From the NCBI GenBank assembly GCA_026645815.1, contig JAPKMR010000012.1:26728-90727 (forward strand): DNA of 64,000 nucleotides. Reading direction: 5' to 3'. Each line of letters starts with the position of its first letter. The first letter of the stretch is position 1. Both the position numbers and the translations under genes were made by a program. Shown piece by piece: positions 7,304-15,507 of the stretch. The notes under the pieces were generated by a model, which saw only the letters and a list, made by a program, of their open reading frames with translations, was not told where the DNA came from and searched no databases. The stretch is from Anaerolineae bacterium. Lineage in GTDB: Bacteria > Chloroflexota > Anaerolineae > B4-G1 > SLSP01.

Positions 7304-8680
7304 ATGGCAAAAAGTGAAACTCGATGGATCTGTCAGGAATGTGGCTGGAGCTTCGCGCGACATATGGGAAAGTGCCCCCATTGCGGCGCGTGGGACACGC
7401 TCGTCGAGACGGTCCTGGATACTCCCGCGTCCAATGCCGGAGTGCAGCTTGCCACCGGAGCAGCCACTGTTCGACCGCAAAGGCTTAGCCAGGTGGATGG
7501 CTTTCACGAACAGCGGGTGTCTATACCTATGGGAGAATTATCGCGGGTTTTGGGCGGGGGATTGGTGCCCGGTTCCATCGTCCTAATCGGCGGCGAGCCT
7601 GGCATCGGAAAGTCCACGCTATTGTTGCAAACAGCAGCCATGCTGGGAACGGAGGAGCGCCCGGTGCTCTATGTCTCCGGCGAGGAATCACCCGGCCAAA
7701 TCAAACTTCGCGCCCGGCGGCTAAATCTCACGGGCGACACGGTATTTATGCTGCCGGAAACAGAGGTAGATGCGTTACTAGCTCAGGCAGAAACGCTCCC
7801 CACCCTACAAGCGCTCATCGTGGATTCCATCCAAACAGCACATGTGGACGATTTGAATTCGGCAGCAGGCAGCATCAGCCAGGTGCGGGAGTGCGCAGCT
7901 CGCCTGCAACGCTGGGCCAAGCAAAGCGGTATACCCGTCTTGCTGGTAGGTCACGTGACCAAAGAAGGCGCCATCGCCGGACCCAAAGTGCTCGAACATA
8001 TCGTGGATACCGTATTGTATCTCGAGGGCGACCCCTTCCACACCTACCGCCTGCTACGCAGCGTGAAGAATCGTTTTGGCGCGACCTCGGAGGTTGGCGT
8101 CTTCGAAATGCGGGAGGAAGGCCTGGTCGAAGTCGCCAATCCATCCGAAGCATTTCTGGCGGAGCGTATGGTCAATGTTCCCGGTTCCGCAATCGCGGTC
8201 ACCATGGAGGGCACACGCCCACTGCTCGTGGAAATTCAAGCGCTGGCAAGCCATACCAGTTTTGGCAACCCGCGCCGCACAGTAAACGGCCTCGACTTCA
8301 ACCGGTTACTGCTGGTGGTCGCGGTACTGACGCGGCGTGTGGGCCTGCGACTGGCAGACCAGGATGTATTTGCCAATGTGGTGGGCGGGCTACAGATTGC
8401 CGAACCAGCTGCAGACCTGGCAGTCGCAGTTGCACTGGCTTCCACCGTACGCGATCGTCCCGTGGCAGCTGATCTGGCGCTTGTGGGCGAGGTAGGGCTT
8501 TCAGGAGAGGTGCGGTCTGTGGGGCAACTTGAAGCGCGTATCAAAGAGGCCGCACGCCTGGGATTCCGCAAAGTGCTCGTGCCGCGGACGTTGGGGCGTC
8601 AGAAAACGCGCTTGCCGGAGGGTGTAGAAGCCATTCCAGTGCGCTCCGTCCACGAAGCCATTGACCTGGCGCTTGCGTGA
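7304..8680 (+). CDS. radA: DNA repair protein RadA/Sms
   Basis: Zinc finger CQECGW...CPHCGAW, Walker A GGEPGIGKSTLLLQ, KNRFG motif, and a Lon-like C-terminal domain. The ATG at 7304 is preceded by GGGAGGGGAGG. Confidence 0.95.
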   Translation: MAKSETRWICQECGWSFARHMGKCPHCGAWDTLVETVLDTPASNAGVQLATGAATVRPQRLSQVDGFHEQRVSIPMGELSRVLGGGLVPGSIVLIGGEPGIGKSTLLLQTAAMLGTEERPVLYVSGEESPGQIKLRARRLNLTGDTVFMLPETEVDALLAQAETLPTLQALIVDSIQTAHVDDLNSAAGSISQVRECAARLQRWAKQSGIPVLLVGHVTKEGAIAGPKVLEHIVDTVLYLEGDPFHTYRLLRSVKNRFGATSEVGVFEMREEGLVEVANPSEAFLAERMVNVPGSAIAVTMEGTRPLLVEIQALASHTSFGNPRRTVNGLDFNRLLLVVAVLTRRVGLRLADQDVFANVVGGLQIAEPAADLAVAVALASTVRDRPVAADLALVGEVGLSGEVRSVGQLEARIKEAARLGFRKVLVPRTLGRQKTRLPEGVEAIPVRSVHEAIDLALA

Positions 8681-8717
8681 GACTTTGAGGTATAATGCCC
8701 CTGTAGAGTAAAAGATT

Positions 8718-11174
8718 ATGACCAAGAGCCGTTCAAGTCCAAGTAAACCCACGACATCCAGCACACGCCAACCGTCGAACCGACGGCGGCAACGCCCGTC
8801 GAAGCGACGTTCTACGCGCAAGGAGCCGCTCATCCAGCTGAGCCGCGACCAATGGCTGGATTTACTTGGTGGCGCGCTCATACTGGTTGCGCTGGCAACC
8901 ATCCTCAGCCTACTCTCGCCGCAGCAGGGCGCCCTGACCCAATTATGGCTGGTGGGGCTGAAAAAAGTCTTCGGTTGGGGCATGTTCATCGTTCCCCTCT
9001 TTATAGGCGCTTTAGGGCTGTGGCTGATTCTGCGGCGCTTTGATGACCGTCTGCCGCGCCCACAACCTGAACAGGTCGCCGGAGTAGGCATTGGTTTTCT
9101 CACCGCACTCATGACGCTACACCTGATTGCTGCACGCATTTTCTGGCCCGGCGTTGGTCACTTTCAACTTGTGGAGCTAGGAGAAGGTGGGGGACTGATT
9201 GGTGCAGCCCTGCTAGATCTGTCCGTGAAGTTGATTGGTGTAGCCGGCGCCGTGGTGACGCTGCTGATGCTCTGGCTAATCGTCATCACACTGGTCGTGG
9301 GCATTTCACCAGCTGAGGCTGCGCAGCTGCTGCTCAACTGGCGCGCCCAATCCAAACGCCAGGCTCCCGTAGTCGAACAACTATCCTTCCCCACTCTACC
9401 GCCTGAGGAACCACCACCAGCAGTGGGGACCAACGGCATGAATGCCGCGTCCACAGGGAAAATCTCTGCCCCGAAGCCCTCACCCGTGGTGCTCGGAGGG
9501 GAGGCGCCCGCTCGCAGCGGGCAAGAAAAGCCACCGTTCAAGATCAATGGCAACCGCCCAGAAGAAGAGCATCTTGACTTCAAAATCCCGCCCACACCTT
9601 CCGGATCGCCCTGGCGTTTGCCCGCGATTGCGGAAATTCTCGAGGTTGGAAGTGAACAGAGCTTCAGCGATGATCTCATCCGCAAGCAAGCGCGCACCAT
9701 CGAGGAAACCCTCACCAGCCTCGGCGCGCCCGTCAAAGTGCTGGAAACCAACACAGGACCGGTCGTGGTGCAATTTGGCGTAGAGCCGCTGTTCATTGAT
9801 CTTCGAGGCGGCAAACGCACCAAGGTCAAGGTCAGCAAAATCGCCTCGCTAGCAGACGACCTGGCGCTGGCGCTTTCCGCTCGCAGCATTCGCATTGAGG
9901 CGCCGATTCCGGGCAAAGGTCTGGTGGGTATTGAAGTGCCCAATATCGAGCCTTCGGTGGTGGCATTGCGAGATGTGCTCGAATCCCGCGCATTCGCCAA
10001 GCTCAAAGGTTCATTGCGCATGGGCCTGGGTCAGGATGTCTCCGGGCAGGCAGTCGCTGCGGACTTACGCGTCATGCCCCACCTGCTCATCGCCGGAACC
10101 ACAGGCTCCGGGAAATCGGTCTGTGTAAATGCCATCATCGCCGCGCTTATCCTGCAGAACACCCCGGAAACGCTGCGCATGATGATGGTAGACCCCAAAC
10201 GGGTAGAACTCACGCAGTACAATGGGATTCCGCACCTCCTGACCCCCGTGATTGTAGACGTGGACCGGGTGGTGCCGGCGCTGCGGTGGGTAATGCGAGA
10301 AATGGACACGCGCTACCGACGCTTTGCCAAGGTGGGAGCGCGCAACATCGAAGACTTCAACCGTCGTGCCGGCAAGAAGGGCAGCGAGGACGAGGCCATA
10401 CCCTATATCGTGGTCATCGTAGATGAGCTCGCAGATTTGATGATGCAATCACCGGAGGAGACGGAGCGTGTGCTCTGTCGTTTGGCACAGATGGCACGGG
10501 CAACGGGCATTCACCTCATCGTGGCAACCCAACGCCCCAGCGTCAACGTGGTCACCGGGCTGATCAAAGCCAACTTCCCCGCGCGCATAGCCTTCGCCGT
10601 GGCCTCTTCTGTAGATTCCCGCGTGATTCTGGACATGCCGGGCGCAGAACGCCTGCTCGGGCGCGGCGATATGCTCTTCATGCCTCCAGATGCGGGGCAA
10701 CCCTTGCGCTTGCAGGGAACTTTTGTCTCAGATCGCGAACTGGACCGGCTGATTCAGCACTGGCGCCAGGGGAACGCGGCAACGGTAGTTACCACCGGCA
10801 TGAATGCCGCGCCACCTACCTCCAGCCCGCTCGGCATGAATGCCGCGCCGTTGAAAGATACTCCGCCAATCCCCGCGCAGGAACCCCTTTTCCCGGAATT
10901 CGCTGCGCCCGCGCCCCAATTCGAGGATGAGCTCCTGCCCACCGCCGTGGAGATTTTGCTCGCCGAAGACCGCGCGAGCATCTCCCTACTGCAACGCCGA
11001 ATGCGCATCGGCTACACCCGCTCCGCACGGCTTGTGGATTTGATGACAGATCTCGGCATTGTCACGCCCAATGCTGACCAGGGGCAATTCAGGGGAGTCA
11101 ATCGCGCCGTAGCGGAAGCTTTCCTGCGCTCGATAACCTCCGGGACAAATGAGGATAATGACGAGTCGGCATGA
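8718..11174 (+). CDS. ftsK: DNA translocase FtsK/SpoIIIE (paralog 1)
   Basis: N-terminal TM helices, a long Pro-rich linker and a motor domain (LIAGTTGSGKSVCVN, VVIVDELADLMM, ATQRPSV). Gamma winged-helix at the C-terminus (ISLLQRRMRIGYTRSARLVDLM). Confidence 0.9.
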   Translation: MTKSRSSPSKPTTSSTRQPSNRRRQRPSKRRSTRKEPLIQLSRDQWLDLLGGALILVALATILSLLSPQQGALTQLWLVGLKKVFGWGMFIVPLFIGALGLWLILRRFDDRLPRPQPEQVAGVGIGFLTALMTLHLIAARIFWPGVGHFQLVELGEGGGLIGAALLDLSVKLIGVAGAVVTLLMLWLIVITLVVGISPAEAAQLLLNWRAQSKRQAPVVEQLSFPTLPPEEPPPAVGTNGMNAASTGKISAPKPSPVVLGGEAPARSGQEKPPFKINGNRPEEEHLDFKIPPTPSGSPWRLPAIAEILEVGSEQSFSDDLIRKQARTIEETLTSLGAPVKVLETNTGPVVVQFGVEPLFIDLRGGKRTKVKVSKIASLADDLALALSARSIRIEAPIPGKGLVGIEVPNIEPSVVALRDVLESRAFAKLKGSLRMGLGQDVSGQAVAADLRVMPHLLIAGTTGSGKSVCVNAIIAALILQNTPETLRMMMVDPKRVELTQYNGIPHLLTPVIVDVDRVVPALRWVMREMDTRYRRFAKVGARNIEDFNRRAGKKGSEDEAIPYIVVIVDELADLMMQSPEETERVLCRLAQMARATGIHLIVATQRPSVNVVTGLIKANFPARIAFAVASSVDSRVILDMPGAERLLGRGDMLFMPPDAGQPLRLQGTFVSDRELDRLIQHWRQGNAATVVTTGMNAAPPTSSPLGMNAAPLKDTPPIPAQEPLFPEFAAPAPQFEDELLPTAVEILLAEDRASISLLQRRMRIGYTRSARLVDLMTDLGIVTPNADQGQFRGVNRAVAEAFLRSITSGTNEDNDESA
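9435..9449. repeat. palindromic 15-mer GGCATGAATGCCGCG, copy 1
   Basis: Exact string. Read in frame as GMNAA within the ftsK linker. Confidence 0.9.
10797..10811. repeat. palindromic 15-mer GGCATGAATGCCGCG, copy 2
   Basis: Exact string. Read as GMNAA in ftsK between the motor and gamma domains. Confidence 0.9.
10833..10847. repeat. palindromic 15-mer GGCATGAATGCCGCG, copy 3
   Basis: Exact string, 36 nt after copy 2. Read as GMNAA. Confidence 0.9.
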
Positions 11175-11182
11175 ATGCCGCG
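11168..11182. repeat. palindromic 15-mer GGCATGAATGCCGCG, copy 4
   Basis: Exact string in a different frame. Its internal TGA (11172..11174) is the ftsK stop codon. Confidence 0.9.
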
Positions 11183-11210
11183 CAAACGCTCAAGTGGCGG
11201 AGGGTGAGCC

Positions 11211-11819
11211 ATGGTAAGTTATCATCTCTATCGTGATGCCTTTTCCGAGGTTTACACCTATCGCTATCGCCTGACCGATGCGACAGGAGCTCTCGAATTG
11301 ACTGCCAGTTGGCCTGGAATGCCTGTAGCTGACCGCCCCGAAGAAGTCGCCTTTACGGATGCTCAGGGGCAACGGTTGGCACTCCTGCGATGGGAAGACC
11401 GCTCCTGGTGGTATGGCGATCGTTTCTGGATATCTGACATACCAACAGCAACGGCAAACGCCGCGGCAATCGCCACCGTCGAAGAGCAATGGCGGATCGT
11501 AGACCGCTTATTGCTACGCCTACCCGGTTATAGATTGACCCTCAATGAGGGCCTCACTCGGGAAGGCAGTTTCATCGCAAGAGGCAGTCGTTACAGCCAA
11601 CAGCTATATGAGCTCTTCGCCCTACGGCATGAATGCCGCTCTACAGGCGAGGGAAATCTCGTAGAAGAAATCCGTGTGGGCGATGTAGCACATCCCACCA
11701 GTGGACCAACCTATATCTTGCAGGTCGAGCATCCATACCTGGAAAGCCATCCCGTGCTGCTCGCCGTCCTGGGGGTGATTTTGGACCTATGGGGCGTGCA
11801 GCGGGAGCAGCGAGCTTGA
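11211..11819 (+). CDS. hypothetical protein (202 aa)
   Basis: Intact ORF filling the gap between ftsK and the HAD hydrolase. No motif recognised. Contains palindrome copy 5. Confidence 0.5.
   Translation: MVSYHLYRDAFSEVYTYRYRLTDATGALELTASWPGMPVADRPEEVAFTDAQGQRLALLRWEDRSWWYGDRFWISDIPTATANAAAIATVEEQWRIVDRLLLRLPGYRLTLNEGLTREGSFIARGSRYSQQLYELFALRHECRSTGEGNLVEEIRVGDVAHPTSGPTYILQVEHPYLESHPVLLAVLGVILDLWGVQREQRA
11626..11639. repeat. palindromic motif GGCATGAATGCCGC, copy 5
   Basis: Exact 14-mer, read in the third frame as RHECR inside 11211..11819. Confidence 0.85.
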
Positions 11820-12502
11820 ACGAAAACAGCATTCCCTTTGACCAGGTGCGCGCCTGGTTCTTCGATCTCGATGGGACGCTGATGGATACCGACGATCAGT
11901 CCGTGGCATCGCTCTCAAAGTGGCTGCGCTTCCTGGGCGCCACACGCGCACAACGGCTTGCGCGGCGCTTGATCATGTTCTCCGAGACGCCATCCAATGC
12001 GGCGCTCACCTTTCTGGATATATTGCACCTGGATACGGCAGCCTTTGCATTGGAAAAGCGCTTCACCCATGCTGGGCGCAGCTATAATTTCAAAATCATC
12101 GAAGGCGTTGTGCCCATGCTGACACAGCTCAGTTCCCGTTATCCGCTGGTGGTAGTCTCCACACGCGGGACCGCAGCCTCAGAAGCCTTTCTCGCACAAT
12201 ATAGCCTCACGTCTCTATTCCCGGTCGCCGTCACCCGTGAGAGCACCCGACGCCTCAAGCCGCACCCTGCACCGGTGCAATACGCTGCACAAGCGCTCGG
12301 ACTCAAACCCGAAGAGTGCGTAATGGTGGGCGATACGACTGTGGATATCATTTCGGCAAGACGAGCAGGGGCCTGGGCCATCGGAGTCTTGTGTGGTTTT
12401 GGCGAGGAAAAAGAGCTCTGGCGCGCTGGCGCGCATCTCGTGTTGCCCACCACGGCAGACTTGCTCGCCATTCAAGCGCTTTTCCCGGCAGCGCCGGTCT
12501 GA
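11789..12502 (+). CDS. HAD-superfamily hydrolase (phosphoglycolate phosphatase-like)
   Basis: Motif I FFDLDGTLMDTD, motif II VVVSTRG, and motif IV MVGDTTVDIISARRAGA. The start is uncertain: ATG at 11789, or TTG at 11816 overlapping the upstream stop. The tracked ORF start at 11633 overlaps the upstream gene heavily. Confidence 0.8.
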   Translation: MGRAAGAASLNENSIPFDQVRAWFFDLDGTLMDTDDQSVASLSKWLRFLGATRAQRLARRLIMFSETPSNAALTFLDILHLDTAAFALEKRFTHAGRSYNFKIIEGVVPMLTQLSSRYPLVVVSTRGTAASEAFLAQYSLTSLFPVAVTRESTRRLKPHPAPVQYAAQALGLKPEECVMVGDTTVDIISARRAGAWAIGVLCGFGEEKELWRAGAHLVLPTTADLLAIQALFPAAPV

Positions 12503-12523
12503 GCATGGCGCACTCCGGCGCTC

Positions 12524-12537
12524 GGCATAAATGCCGC
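12524..12537. repeat. palindromic motif variant GGCATAAATGCCGC, copy 6
   Basis: One central substitution. Lies in the intergenic gap between the convergent HAD and NYN genes. Confidence 0.75.
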
Positions 12538-12569
12538 ATGCTGCCGGCAAGAGACTCAGCCGCGCAAGA

Positions 12570-13700
12570 TCAATCCTCAGAAGCCTCTCCATAGAGCCGG
12601 AACCATTGCTCCCGCTCCTCAGGGCTAAGGCCATCATCGGTTTGAACTGATTCATCGGGCAATTCAGGTGTACGAGCCTGATGCTTACGCAGTTTGGGCG
12701 AGCGGATAGTCTCCGAATGGCGGCGCCGGGCAACTTTGGGCGCTGTCGCTTTGCCAGTCTCATCCACCGCAGGGCCTTCGAATTGCGGTTCCGGAAACAA
12801 TTCCAGCCAGGCCTCGACCTCTTCCGGCGGCAAACCCGCTTCAGTTTCCTTCGGCAAAAATGCCGCATCCACGGCAAGCGAGGCGGGCTTTTGGGGACGG
12901 ACCTGCGCCTTCAACAAGCGTCGCGGTGGATGGGGTCCCTCCGGCACATCATGGAAAACCTGCAACCAATCTGCTACTTCCTCAGCTGAAACCTCCGCCG
13001 GTTTCCCCATCTCCGTGGTTGCAGGGAGATCCGGTTCCGGCGCCAGGGGCACACCCAAACGCTCTGCCAATGTCGGTGCATACGTAGGAGGCTCCGGAAG
13101 TCGCTTCCCAGGGGGCGCCTCCGAAGGCGCAGGTGTCCTGCCAGCGGCGCCCGAAACCGGTGATGAAGGGGGAGGGGGAGGCTGATGCCTGACAGCCGAT
13201 CGGCATAAATGCCGCGTGTGCGCAGCAGGCTCGGGTGGTTCAGGAAAAACTTCCAACCATTCGTGAACTTCAGCAGTTGATGGCTCGCGCGGTTTCTCAA
13301 ATGCGGGGCGGGCTGCGGGCTGTAATTCCAACGCGAACTCCTGGGAGGTCATCACCCGCGCACCGACACGCCGGGCGACATCGAGAATCGCGTGATCAGA
13401 GCTGACCACGGTCCAATTACCCGAATCACGCAGTTTCTCCAGATGCTTGATGATAATACGATCAGCAGTACTGCGTTTATGCGCAGCAAAAATCACCTCC
13501 AAATCCATGCTGGAGAGCTGCCGAGAATAGCCACCGGGAATGCCACCATCAAAAACAACGGTAGCTTTGCGGCGTTTGTGTCCCAGCCAACCCCGTAGCT
13601 TGAGAATCAGAGCGACCTCGTCCTCCGGGTCTTCAATGTGAATATCCGGCAACGCAGCAATCAGATTATGTCCATCAATCAGAAAAGGCATTGGAATCAA
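12570..13700 (-). CDS. NYN/YacP-like RNase domain protein with a repeat-bearing Pro-rich C-terminal extension
   Basis: The N-terminal 130 aa (FLIDGHNLI...VVFDGG...VVSSDHAI) resembles the YacP/Rae1-type NYN domain. The C-terminal 240 aa is Pro-rich with four EEVxxWLxxF-like repeats. Confidence 0.7.
   Translation of the reverse strand: MIPMPFLIDGHNLIAALPDIHIEDPEDEVALILKLRGWLGHKRRKATVVFDGGIPGGYSRQLSSMDLEVIFAAHKRSTADRIIIKHLEKLRDSGNWTVVSSDHAILDVARRVGARVMTSQEFALELQPAARPAFEKPREPSTAEVHEWLEVFPEPPEPAAHTRHLCRSAVRHQPPPPPSSPVSGAAGRTPAPSEAPPGKRLPEPPTYAPTLAERLGVPLAPEPDLPATTEMGKPAEVSAEEVADWLQVFHDVPEGPHPPRRLLKAQVRPQKPASLAVDAAFLPKETEAGLPPEEVEAWLELFPEPQFEGPAVDETGKATAPKVARRRHSETIRSPKLRKHQARTPELPDESVQTDDGLSPEEREQWFRLYGEASED
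12853..12866. repeat. palindromic motif variant GGCAAAAATGCCGC, copy 7
   Basis: Degenerate left arm. Inside the NYN gene, read on the minus strand as AAFLP. Confidence 0.6.
13202..13216. repeat. palindromic motif variant GGCATAAATGCCGCG, copy 8
   Basis: One central substitution. Inside the NYN gene, read on the minus strand as RHLCRS. Confidence 0.75.
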
Positions 13701-13742
13701 CTCTCTATCTATGGCAAAGATTTGCGGCGAAGCACCAACCCG

Positions 13743-15497
13743 TCATGGCGTATCGGGCAGACGAGTCCACAAAATCACGCGCGTGATTTGTGGGGCAGCA
13801 GGCATCTTCCTGTGGAAATACCACGCCAGAGGATGACCACATACAGGAGGGAACACCCCCGGCTCGCACCCAATAATCCCGCCGCTGTTTTCCAGGAGCA
13901 CCCCAAAAGCCATTCCACTATAAGCAAGGCTCGTCTCCACCGGCGGTGTAACTGTTTCGAGCGTAAGCAGCATCTCGGGCGTGCCGGATGGCCAGGTAGC
14001 AAGGCTGCGCAATGCGGTAGGCTGCAAAGTCCATCGCACCACCGACCACGCATCCGCAAGATTCGGGTCGCTCTCCACGACAACAAGGTCTATCGCGTCA
14101 GGGCTGATCCCACGAGCGATGCGCAAATCCTCAATCACACGGCGCAGGTTACGCACATCCTCTGAAACACCGATTGTCACCAAAGGCTCCGCCGGATTTA
14201 CCGGGGCGATAAACGCAGCCTGGCTGCCGAATCCCACTTGCAGCAGGCATGCCACCACAACGAGTCCCCAAATCAGGCCGTTCACAGCTCGCCGCAGCCC
14301 CGCCAGCGTAGCAAAGCCCGCCATCATCAATCCATGAATGACCAGCACGAGCAGCACCAGTGGAAGTTCGAGGCCGTTGGCATACTGCCCCCCACGAGCC
14401 TGCCGCAGCAAGACCAAGGCGACAAAAAACCACAGCACAATGCCGAGCGCCGTATGTACCCACTCCACCCAGGCATTGTGGGTTAAGCGAGACGGGATGA
14501 GGTGTCGCGCGGCCCACCCTCCCAACAACGCTAATGGCAAGAGCGGGGCAAGAAAGGCTGCCGGCGCCGCACCAGGGCGGAGTACAACCAGCAACGTTGC
14601 CAGAACAGCCCATGCCGCCAGGGCGAGAAGCCGCGACTCGCGGTGACGTATCGCCAGCCCCAGGCCGACGGCAGCGAGCAACAGAATCAGCGGTTCGTAA
14701 AGGAGGAGCAGTAGTGGATTGGCGGAAATCGCCGGGAATTGCCACTCACGGAGCCAAAGCAGCAGCCCCTCAACGGGACCGGCCCAGCCATTCCAGCGCG
14801 CGCCCAATCCCAACGAGATCAAGAGCGCAACCAGCAGTCCCAGGCCCGCGGCGCGACGACACTCACGGCTCAAAGCAGGCACACGCCCTTCAACCCAATG
14901 CCAGATGCCCCAGGCCAATAGACCCGACGTAAAAACATCGTAGAAGGCAGGTCCACCAACCAGCCCGATTGCCAGCCCCGCACCAAGGAGCCACGCACCG
15001 CGGCGGTTATCGCCGTTGAGGGACAGGGCAAAAAGCCCGGTGATCACCAGCACGCCACCGAACGTCCCCAGAGTGGTCGCATTGACCTGCCTTGAGACAA
15101 AAAGCGCGATGGGGGAGAGCAGGAGCAAGAAAGCCGCGCCAAGGACCGGAAAAGCCGGCGGCGCCGGCTCTGCCGGCGGGGCGCCCGCCCGCTCAGACAA
15201 GGGCAGCAGCTCGCGCCACAACCACGGCGTCAGCGCGAGAAGAACGCCAGCCAGGGCGGGCAGAAAACGCGCTATACCACTGCCGCTGCCAAATAGAGTA
15301 AAAAGCAAAGCGTTGCCATTCAGCAACAGAGCGCTGGTGGGGGAAAGGGTCCACTGTCGCTCCTCGACAGCCTCCAATGCCTGGAGCGCGATTTGCGCCT
15401 CATCGGGAGCCAATAACGCCGCATCCAGGGCACTCAACCGTGTGAGCAACAGAAGTAAAAACAGCACACCCCAATACCAACGGAATGATTTCGACAT
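13743..15497 (-). CDS. polytopic membrane protein, GT-C/PMT-like (TIGR03663-like)
   Basis: 584 aa, about 12 or more hydrophobic segments, with a soluble C-terminal domain. Adjacent to the DUF2298 YYY protein, a pairing I recall for Chloroflexi and Archaea. The family assignment is from memory only. Confidence 0.55.
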   Translation of the reverse strand: MSKSFRWYWGVLFLLLLLTRLSALDAALLAPDEAQIALQALEAVEERQWTLSPTSALLLNGNALLFTLFGSGSGIARFLPALAGVLLALTPWLWRELLPLSERAGAPPAEPAPPAFPVLGAAFLLLLSPIALFVSRQVNATTLGTFGGVLVITGLFALSLNGDNRRGAWLLGAGLAIGLVGGPAFYDVFTSGLLAWGIWHWVEGRVPALSRECRRAAGLGLLVALLISLGLGARWNGWAGPVEGLLLWLREWQFPAISANPLLLLLYEPLILLLAAVGLGLAIRHRESRLLALAAWAVLATLLVVLRPGAAPAAFLAPLLPLALLGGWAARHLIPSRLTHNAWVEWVHTALGIVLWFFVALVLLRQARGGQYANGLELPLVLLVLVIHGLMMAGFATLAGLRRAVNGLIWGLVVVACLLQVGFGSQAAFIAPVNPAEPLVTIGVSEDVRNLRRVIEDLRIARGISPDAIDLVVVESDPNLADAWSVVRWTLQPTALRSLATWPSGTPEMLLTLETVTPPVETSLAYSGMAFGVLLENSGGIIGCEPGVFPPVCGHPLAWYFHRKMPAAPQITRVILWTRLPDTP

Positions 15498-15507
15498 AGG
15501 TCTCCCG

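Noticed and set aside
9164-10021. Long antisense ORFs inside well-supported genes. Examples are 9164..10021 in ftsK, 20920..22170 in the ftsK paralog, 40442..41233 in pcrA, 55917..56852 in cpaF, 61154..62098 in lon, 32293..32925, 34635..35183 and 8501..9139.
   Set aside because: Their translations are Arg/Ser/Pro/Ala-rich low-complexity sequence, typical of the opposite strand of GC-rich coding DNA. Each lies entirely within a gene that has strong family motifs. None has start-site support.
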